Virus record (IMG/VR): IMGVR_UViG_3300033463_000086
Coordinates: 1 to 64,000 of that record
Reading direction: 5' to 3' (one strand)
DNA: 64,000 nucleotides
Source of the DNA: a virus
Taxonomy: Duplodnaviria; Caudoviricetes
This document shows, in pieces, positions 57,224 through 64,000 of this stretch. A program made the position numbers and the translations under genes. A model generated the notes under the pieces. That model was not told the DNA's origin, did not search any database, and saw only the letters and a list, made by a program, of their open reading frames with translations. The stretch's first letter is position 1; each line of letters starts with the position of its first letter.

Positions 57224-58512
57224 AACTGACAGAAAAACAAAAATATGGCATGAAATTGCTGAATGACCCTAAATACACGAGAATTGCGTTTACTGGTGGT
57301 TCTCGTGCTGGTAAGTCTGTTGCATTTATGGAATTTCTGATGCAGAGAGCATTTCAATTCCCCGGTTCCAGACAACTCATATGCCGCAGAGCCTTGGTTG
57401 ATGCAAGACGAGCTATTTGGGAAGACACCTTGAAGAAATACTTGACGGACCAGATACCGGAATCAGAATATACGTTAATGAAATCTGAAATGAGAGTGGT
57501 ATTCAAGAATGGGTCCACGATTGAGTTGGGTGGTTTGGATGGCGAGGACCAGTTGCAGAAAATACTTGGTACTGAGTATCTTACAATATGGCTGAATGAA
57601 GCTACTGAAATGAGGTTTGAGGCTGTTACGATTCTGATTACTCGTCTGGCTCAATCCGTAAAGGACACCACAGGCACGTTTACAGGGATAAATAAGCTGA
57701 TTGCTGACGCTAACCCCTCTTCCCCTCGTAATTGGGTCAAAAAGTGGTTTATTGACAACGTAGACCCCACCACAAGACCGCCAAAGAAGCTGAAAGACGC
57801 AGATAAGTTCGTTCACCTGCACTTTACCCCCTACGATAACGCTGAAAACCTACCTCCGGGATATATCGAACAGCTTGACGCACTTCCTTACGAGATGCGT
57901 GAAAGAATGCTCAAAGGTAACTGGATTGGTGGTGAAGGTCAGATATTCAAAGAGTTCAATGCGGAGAAACACTTGATTGCTCCGTTTGAAATACCGAAAA
58001 CATGGGAAAAGGTGAGAGCCATTGACTTTGGTTATAATCACCCTTGCGCCATTTTATATACGGCTTACGATTATTCAACAGATACTATATATGTATATGA
58101 TGAATATAAGGAATCCGGTAAGACGATTGATGAGATTGCAAATTACATGAACAGCGTGGAGCAGAAGAGGCACGAGTTCTATGATTGCACGTGGTCAGAC
58201 CATGACAAATCAGACCGCGCTTTCTTGGCAAAACATGATATTGTCACAAGGGCGGCGAAAAAGTCTGTTCTGGACGGTATCAATGCAGTACGTCAGCGTC
58301 TTTCTGAGATAAGCCCCAAGACACACAAACCTAAACTGCTCATATTCAACAACTTAGATGCCCTGATTGACGAAATGTACAGTTATGAATGGCATCAGTC
58401 CGAATCGGAGGTTATGGATAAGGACGCACCAGTCAAAATCAATGACGACCTTGTTGATACATTGAGATATATTGTTTATGGTAGAGATAAAGACAACGGA
58501 ATTTCATTATAA
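57214..58512 (+). CDS. terL: Terminase large subunit (PBSX-like)
   Basis: Walker A GGSRAGKS, Walker B WLNEA, ADANP, nuclease domain IDFGYNHP...DDLVDTLRY. Confidence 0.95.
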   Translation: MPLKLTEKQKYGMKLLNDPKYTRIAFTGGSRAGKSVAFMEFLMQRAFQFPGSRQLICRRALVDARRAIWEDTLKKYLTDQIPESEYTLMKSEMRVVFKNGSTIELGGLDGEDQLQKILGTEYLTIWLNEATEMRFEAVTILITRLAQSVKDTTGTFTGINKLIADANPSSPRNWVKKWFIDNVDPTTRPPKKLKDADKFVHLHFTPYDNAENLPPGYIEQLDALPYEMRERMLKGNWIGGEGQIFKEFNAEKHLIAPFEIPKTWEKVRAIDFGYNHPCAILYTAYDYSTDTIYVYDEYKESGKTIDEIANYMNSVEQKRHEFYDCTWSDHDKSDRAFLAKHDIVTRAAKKSVLDGINAVRQRLSEISPKTHKPKLLIFNNLDALIDEMYSYEWHQSESEVMDKDAPVKINDDLVDTLRYIVYGRDKDNGISL

Positions 58513-58517
58513 GGAAT

Positions 58518-60152
58518 TTGAATATGGATAGCACAATTACTGTAAACACATCCACTGACGCACAGACCCCGAACGAGCGAATCTTCAATCGGGTCAATGC
58601 CTATTATCTTGCAACAAGAAATACTTGGCGAAAAGCTCTAAAGGCATATAATGGCGGCACGGGTTATTTGAAGGAAACGCTTAGGAAACACCCATCCGAA
58701 ACAGATGAAGAGTTTCAGGAGCGTGTGGACAACTCTTATAATATCAACTTAATCAAATACAGCGTCAAGGAGTTCGGCAATTACATTTTCTCCAAGACAC
58801 CGCGAAGAAACAACGCGGATGAGGAAATCGTAAAGGACTTTGACCGCCAACAGAAGCAGGTGAACGAAGTTATGTGGAATCTGTTTCTGTATCATAACCT
58901 TTGCGGTCTCACTTGGGCTTTGGTTGATATGCCGCAATTCAGAGGCAACGAGATTGACATAAAGACCAAACAGGAGCAGAAGATTCGTCCGTGGTGTAAG
59001 GTACTTTCTCCGCTTGCCGTTCCTGACTGGTGCTTTGATAAGTTCGGCAACCTTGAATGGATTATTATTGAGGAGTTCGTTGTTGAGAAGGACAATCCGT
59101 TTGCGGAACCTAAACTCATAAAGAAACGCACCCTCTATACGAAGACCTACTATCAGGTGTTCTCTGCTATTATTGCCAGCCCGACTGCATCTGTAAAAAA
59201 CAATGAGATTCGGGTAGGCAGAAAGATTAGGAACACTATTGGTGTGGTTCCTGTCATTCCGTATAGCGACCTTCTGTTTGATAAGGACTTCAATACTCCT
59301 GAGATTGCTGACATCCTTACAATTTATGATGCGATTCTGGCAGGTGAATCCGAGCTTCTCACCAATATCCTGAAGCAGACATACGGACAGCTTGTACTTC
59401 CCATGTCTTCGCACTCTATGGTGAGCAAAGTCAAGGCTCGTCTGTCTGAGGCTGGAATCGACCCAAATTCTCCGGCTACCACAGCAATCATAACTCAGGA
59501 AATCGGTATGGAGCTGTCTCGTACAAAGGCAATTTACGAAGACGAGGGCGAGAAACAGATTGCCCGGTACATCCAACCAGCCGGAGCTACCACGGAATCC
59601 ATTATCAACCACAATGACCGTCTGCTTGCTCTTACAATGAAGATTACAGGCTTCCTTGTCGGTGTTTCCACTACACAGCGTGAATCGGCAGACAGCAAGG
59701 CGGTGGATAATGCTTCTCTTGCCGCACAGCTCATACGTATTGCAAGCCGACTTGAGGAGCTTGAGCTGAATATCTGGAAGCTGTTCAATATGTTTGACCC
59801 ATCTATTCAGGTCCCGAAGGTTGTTTACAGCAAGGACTATGATATTCACGAGTTCAAGGCTGTTATTGCTGGTATTGTTGAGCTTGCAAACGTCAATGGC
59901 GGCGACAATTTCAAACAGCAGGTACTTAGGACTGCGGTTCATGCTATGGACAGTATTCATCGGATTCCTGACGAAACATACGAACAGATTATGGATGATA
60001 TTGAAAACGGCAAAACATCCGCACTTCCTCCTACTTTTTCCGGCAAGGCAGATTACATTTCAGATACCTCCGGGAGCAGACCTGACAGTGTAAGAGCCAA
60101 GACGGATTATGACGGCTCGAACGAAAAAATAGGAAAAACTGAAAAAATTTAA
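58518..60152 (+). CDS. Portal protein
   Basis: 544 aa directly after TerL; YNGG...RKHPSETDEEFQERV...NLIK N-terminus and ESADSK motif typical of portals. Confidence 0.85.
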   Translation: MNMDSTITVNTSTDAQTPNERIFNRVNAYYLATRNTWRKALKAYNGGTGYLKETLRKHPSETDEEFQERVDNSYNINLIKYSVKEFGNYIFSKTPRRNNADEEIVKDFDRQQKQVNEVMWNLFLYHNLCGLTWALVDMPQFRGNEIDIKTKQEQKIRPWCKVLSPLAVPDWCFDKFGNLEWIIIEEFVVEKDNPFAEPKLIKKRTLYTKTYYQVFSAIIASPTASVKNNEIRVGRKIRNTIGVVPVIPYSDLLFDKDFNTPEIADILTIYDAILAGESELLTNILKQTYGQLVLPMSSHSMVSKVKARLSEAGIDPNSPATTAIITQEIGMELSRTKAIYEDEGEKQIARYIQPAGATTESIINHNDRLLALTMKITGFLVGVSTTQRESADSKAVDNASLAAQLIRIASRLEELELNIWKLFNMFDPSIQVPKVVYSKDYDIHEFKAVIAGIVELANVNGGDNFKQQVLRTAVHAMDSIHRIPDETYEQIMDDIENGKTSALPPTFSGKADYISDTSGSRPDSVRAKTDYDGSNEKIGKTEKI

Positions 60153-60172
60153 TACTTATGTTGCAGATTTAC

Positions 60173-60200
60173 TTGCAATATACTCACTTTCCACTATATT
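60173..60200 (+). promoter_or_regulatory. Internal promoter for scaffold/capsid genes
   Basis: TTGCAA-N16-TATATT in the portal-scaffold gap. Confidence 0.5.
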
Positions 60201-60230
60201 ATGTACCAGCAGACTAAACTGCGATAACAA

Positions 60231-60890
60231 ATGATAACACAACATAGAGGATTCACAATGACTTACGAAGAACTGTCCGCAAAACTCAAAAAAGGAGAAC
60301 CTCTGACAGAAGAGGAGTTCAAAGAGTTCGGGAAAGTTACACGCCCGACTGAACGCTTCAACGAGGTCTCCGCAGAAAAACAGAAACTTAACGACCAGAT
60401 TAAGGAGTTGAACACACAGATTGAAACTCTCAATGCTGAAAAGCTCAAGCTCACTCAGCAGAATGATGATGCTTTCAATGCCAAGCTCTCCGAAATCACT
60501 GGCGCACTTGAGACGCTGAAAGGAGAAAATGAAAACCTGAAGAATGCAAATCAGAAATATGAGCGTCTTCAGAAGGTCAGTCAGATTGCTAACACAACCT
60601 GCAAGACCGTGGCAAATGCTACGTTCAAGGATGCTGACTATCTTTCTGTTCTCCTTGAAAGAAAAGGGGTGGACCTTACAAAAGAGGAGGATGTCAAAAA
60701 GGCTATCCTCGAAATCAAAGAGGAAAAGCCCGAACAGTTTGTCGTTACAGTCAATTCCGGTTCTGGTGCAGGTGGAGAACCTAATAACCAGACATCGGGT
60801 GAAAAACCTGAGTTCAAAACACAAGAAGACCGAGTTGATTTCATAGCTAAACACGGCTTTGAAGAATATAAGAAACTTAAAGGAGATTGA
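60231..60890 (+). CDS. Capsid scaffolding protein
   Basis: Coiled-coil, Glu/Lys-rich, SGSGAGG linker near the C-terminus, immediately before the MCP; likely start ATG 60258. Confidence 0.8.
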   Translation: MITQHRGFTMTYEELSAKLKKGEPLTEEEFKEFGKVTRPTERFNEVSAEKQKLNDQIKELNTQIETLNAEKLKLTQQNDDAFNAKLSEITGALETLKGENENLKNANQKYERLQKVSQIANTTCKTVANATFKDADYLSVLLERKGVDLTKEEDVKKAILEIKEEKPEQFVVTVNSGSGAGGEPNNQTSGEKPEFKTQEDRVDFIAKHGFEEYKKLKGD

Positions 60891-61969
60891 TTATGGCTAT
60901 CACACTTCTTTCCGACCTTCTTCCGTATGCGAATCAGTTCCGTGAAGGTTACATTGATTCGATGGTTGAGGCTTCTCGCCTTTTCAATGAAGGCTCCAAC
61001 GGCGCAATCCGCTTTACCGATTCTGATGCCAAGGGTACTCTGACCAAGACTGCCTACTTCAAGGATTTCGGTACTGTCAGTCGGCGCGACATTACTTCTA
61101 CTTCCGACCAGACCCCGGAAAAGATTGAACGTGCTGAACACACCATGTTCCGCACCTACTTCAAGCTGAATGCCATTGAATGGCAAGATGAGGCTTTCTG
61201 GACCTCTGACCGTATGCAACAGGACGCCATCATGTATATGATTGGCGGTCAGCTTGCCAAGAAGAAGATGCAGGAATCCATCAAACAGGCTATCAACATC
61301 GCCTCTACCGCGATTGTTTCTGGTGATGGTGCTACGCATAAGACCGTTCTTGACCTGACCTCCCCCAAGCAAAACTTCCTTCAGCCGCAGGTCAACCTTG
61401 CGCGTATGAAGTTTGGTGCTGAGTACGGTCGCCTCAAGATTATGGTCATGCATTCCAGTGTGTTCTTCGCTCTGGTTCAGAATCAGACCCTCAACTACAT
61501 GTATGACCTCGGCGGCGGCGTTACGCTCTACGGTGGCATCCCTGCTACTATGGGTATGCCGTTCATCGTGTCCGACCAGCCGTCCCTCATCTACACCTCT
61601 GGTGATGATGTCTTCTACAAGACCCTCCTCCTGACTGATTCCGCCATTACTCTGGCTGACGCAGGTCCTATCCGCGCCAACCTTCAGACTGTCGGCGGCA
61701 AGGAAAACATTTCCCATCTGTATCAGGCTGAATGGTCTATGTGGAACAACGTCAAGGGCTATCAGCTCAAGGCTGCCGCTAACCCGGATTCCAATCCGTC
61801 TGACAGCACTCTGACCACATCCTCGAATTGGGAACAGTGGGTGGCTGATACCAAGAATACCGCTGGTGTTCTTGTTAAGTCCATCGCTGACCCGGCTTCC
61901 ATCCAGCAGGTCATTAACGTGCGTTACGTTTCTGATGACGCTGGCTCCGGCTCTGGTTCCGGCTCCTAA
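60887..61969 (+). CDS. Major capsid protein (HK97 fold)
   Basis: 360 aa after the scaffold, strongly biased codon usage consistent with high expression, VMHSSVF and GMPFIVSD motifs. Confidence 0.88.
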   Translation: MIMAITLLSDLLPYANQFREGYIDSMVEASRLFNEGSNGAIRFTDSDAKGTLTKTAYFKDFGTVSRRDITSTSDQTPEKIERAEHTMFRTYFKLNAIEWQDEAFWTSDRMQQDAIMYMIGGQLAKKKMQESIKQAINIASTAIVSGDGATHKTVLDLTSPKQNFLQPQVNLARMKFGAEYGRLKIMVMHSSVFFALVQNQTLNYMYDLGGGVTLYGGIPATMGMPFIVSDQPSLIYTSGDDVFYKTLLLTDSAITLADAGPIRANLQTVGGKENISHLYQAEWSMWNNVKGYQLKAAANPDSNPSDSTLTTSSNWEQWVADTKNTAGVLVKSIADPASIQQVINVRYVSDDAGSGSGSGS

Positions 61970-61986
61970 TCGGAACTGATTGTGGG

Positions 61987-62014
61987 TGGTGTGGGACCTT
62001 GAAATCCCACACCA
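61987..62014 (+). terminator. Stem-loop after the capsid gene (attenuator or mRNA stabiliser)
   Basis: 10-bp stem TGGTGTGGGA/TCCCACACCA; weak U-tract. Confidence 0.6.
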
Positions 62015-62037
62015 TCTACATTTCATAAGGAATTGAC

Positions 62038-62493
62038 ATGAAGTTTAGTATACCAACTATTCTGTACGACCCGGAAACATTCCCCCAAGCACAAATCTAC
62101 GCAGAAGTATGGGGTATCTACGCAAAAGATTTATCCTCATTGTTAAAATGGAATAGCATTAAGCCAGAGCATTTCGATTACGGTGATATTTACTTCGCTG
62201 TACGGAATGACAAATACAAACAAATTGAAGATGAACATAAGAAGTATTTTCACTGCGAGTACCTTGAAGACTTACCGGATTATAGGGGTTGCGATAGATA
62301 CAAAAAGTATGCAGAATTAGTGAAGGCTGGACTTCATGTTTTTGAGGACATGAGGAAAATGCTTGCAAACAGGGCTTACCAGAAAGAAGTAGCTGACCGG
62401 GAAAAGAATGGTGAGTATCTTGACGAAAAGCCAGATGAAAAGCTATCTCCGAAGGTCAAGAAATCGTTGAAGAAGAGAGGGTTACATGCTTAA
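62038..62493 (+). CDS. Hypothetical protein (head region)
   Basis: 151 aa with an AAGGA RBS. Confidence 0.6.
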   Translation: MKFSIPTILYDPETFPQAQIYAEVWGIYAKDLSSLLKWNSIKPEHFDYGDIYFAVRNDKYKQIEDEHKKYFHCEYLEDLPDYRGCDRYKKYAELVKAGLHVFEDMRKMLANRAYQKEVADREKNGEYLDEKPDEKLSPKVKKSLKKRGLHA

Positions 62494-63031
62494 TACAGTT
62501 GAAATGGCGGATTCGTACTTTGCCTCTAATTTCTTCTACAAGGACACATGGGCTGGTATTGAACTGGAAGATAAGAAGTCGCTCATTGAGACAGCAGAGA
62601 GAGACGTCAACGCTTATTTGATGGCTCAGGACGTTGACATTAATGTTGTATATAATACCTTTTTAAGCAGTAAGAAGACAAGTGAACTGACATTCTGGGT
62701 CTGCGGTAATCAGGCTATTTATTACAAGGATAATGTGACTTCTTGGGGCACACCAACAGCCACATTGGGTAATTTCAAACCTACTTGCTACCAGTGTGCG
62801 GTGTTCGAGTGGGCTATCTTTATTTTCATGCACAAGGACGCTATTCTTAGGGCGTTTGATGATATTGGACGTGATGCTACAAGCGTTAAGGTGGACAACA
62901 TTGGTGCTGAGACTTATTGGACACGTAGAACTGACGGTTTGCAGTCTGATAAATATATGCAGATTTTCAAGAAATCCCCTGCTATGCGCTTTTTAGATAT
63001 GATACCAAAGAACATAAGGATTATACGCTGA
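62486..63031 (+). CDS. Head-tail adaptor-like protein
   Basis: N-terminus TVEMADSYF...W...KKSLIETAERDVN typical of gp15/DnaT-like adaptors; position after the MCP. Confidence 0.65.
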   Translation: MLNTVEMADSYFASNFFYKDTWAGIELEDKKSLIETAERDVNAYLMAQDVDINVVYNTFLSSKKTSELTFWVCGNQAIYYKDNVTSWGTPTATLGNFKPTCYQCAVFEWAIFIFMHKDAILRAFDDIGRDATSVKVDNIGAETYWTRRTDGLQSDKYMQIFKKSPAMRFLDMIPKNIRIIR

Positions 63032-63432
63032 TGTTTGAAGTTCTGAAAGAGCCTCGGAATCGAATGATAATCCGAGAGTGCGTTTATGATAGAGACGGTG
63101 ATTTTGTTTGCAGTTTTGATATTGGTGAGTGTTACGGAATCTTTACGAAACGAGAAGCCGCTGATATTGAGGCAGATACAGCAAACAGAAACGCGAATGA
63201 ATCTGTCGGCGTGTTCTATAAATACTTTGGTGTTCAGGAAAAGGTGATTGACAAAAAGACCTATACTTCTACATTTGATGAGCCTTTTGTTACGACTGGC
63301 GAAAGAACCTGCGTTGCAATATGGAGAGGCAAGGCTTATACAATCACAAAGGTTGGTTACAGTTACGATGTTCACGGAAACTTTGTAGGCTTCAAGCTGT
63401 GGAGCAGTAATGAAAACGTGAAGTTCTATTGA
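63031..63432 (+). CDS. Putative head-closure protein
   Basis: 133 aa, beta-rich; position in the neck module. Confidence 0.45.
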   Translation: MFEVLKEPRNRMIIRECVYDRDGDFVCSFDIGECYGIFTKREAADIEADTANRNANESVGVFYKYFGVQEKVIDKKTYTSTFDEPFVTTGERTCVAIWRGKAYTITKVGYSYDVHGNFVGFKLWSSNENVKFY

Positions 63433-63440
63433 GGTTATAT

Positions 63441-64000
63441 ATGGGTGCAAATAGGTTTATCACAGGTAATGTAAATACTGTACTTCTTCGGTCTACACAA
63501 CTGAAGGGTATGAGTGTTCAGCTTGTGGTTACAGAACGAGGTATGTCACCAAAAAACGTGACAAACCTAATGCTGGCTTCTCACAAACGCTATATGCGTA
63601 AGATTGCACAGCTTATGGTATATGCTTCTCGTTGTCTTGCACCAACTTCTCACGGTGATGGTACATATCACGAGGGGTCTCTTACTGATAGTATTATAGC
63701 CCAATATAATCCAATGCAGGGTGGTAAGTATTCGTTTACAATCGGTGTTGACGGTACTAATTGGAACTCTGATTATGATGAACGCTATATGAAGCATTAT
63801 CATAGAGAACCGCCTTGGGGTACATTGAAGACAAGTAAGAATAATATCCTTTACATTCTACATGACCACTGGAATTATCTTATTCAGCGTATGGAGAATT
63901 GGAGACAGAATACATACGGTTCTATCTTAAAAGACTTGCATCCGGGTGAATCCCTGAGCAGTGCTATTGCTGATATGAAAAGGCAGGGCTTGGCTGTACC
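63441..64000 (+). CDS. Neck/tail-completion region protein, 3'-truncated by the window edge (not in the ORF track)
   Basis: Hand translation from ATG 63441 (MGANRFITGN...) has no stop before position 64000. Confidence 0.6.
   Translation, partial: MGANRFITGNVNTVLLRSTQLKGMSVQLVVTERGMSPKNVTNLMLASHKRYMRKIAQLMVYASRCLAPTSHGDGTYHEGSLTDSIIAQYNPMQGGKYSFTIGVDGTNWNSDYDERYMKHYHREPPWGTLKTSKNNILYILHDHWNYLIQRMENWRQNTYGSILKDLHPGESLSSAIADMKRQGLAV

Noticed and set aside
57298-57312. Short match to the VR/TR start (CTCGTGCTGG) inside terL as a second VR
   Set aside because: Only about 10 bp, it encodes the Walker A motif, and there is no extended A-specific alignment.

Overview
The window is a 64-kb segment of a tailed dsDNA bacteriophage genome. 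No integrase, repressor or host genes were recognised, and both ends fall inside virion genes. Layout: (1) 1-6.2 kb, + strand: 3' part of a tail-fibre/receptor-binding gene diversified by a diversity-generating retroelement (VR 1958-2079, TR 2292-2413, RT 2562-3590, 15 of 15 mismatches at TR adenines), then a small tail/lysis-like cassette. (2) 6.2-37.7 kb, - strand: replication/recombination module (split SbcC, SbcD, RusA, 5'-3' exonuclease, SSB, ATP-dependent ligase, DnaX-like clamp loader, split family-A DNA polymerase with a UDG-like domain, probable clamp, DnaB, DnaC-like loader, primase, adenine MTase, SNF2 helicase), four tRNAs, an Aah/TibC-type heptosyltransferase and other glycosyltransferases. 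(3) 37.9-39.4 kb, + strand: probable terminase small subunit and a GT8. (4) 39.7-56.4 kb, - strand: probable early region with an expanded family of unknown paralogs, an amidoligase/GATase/GGCT cluster, a ~0.68-kb ORF-free highly structured segment (candidate large ncRNA), a repeat-rich control region, an ATG/CAT-free Ala/Lys-rich block bounded by a 27-bp inverted repeat, and a second stripped-down PolA/T7-RNAP-superfamily polymerase. This block is bracketed by a 23-bp inverted repeat. (5) 56.8-64 kb, + strand: TerL, portal, scaffold, major capsid and head-completion genes. The best candidates for undescribed biology are the candidate large ncRNA with boxA-like antitermination elements, the minimal polymerase with the 23-bp motif, and the phage protein-heptosylation/glycosylation set. 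All calls were made by eye from motifs; no database searches were run.
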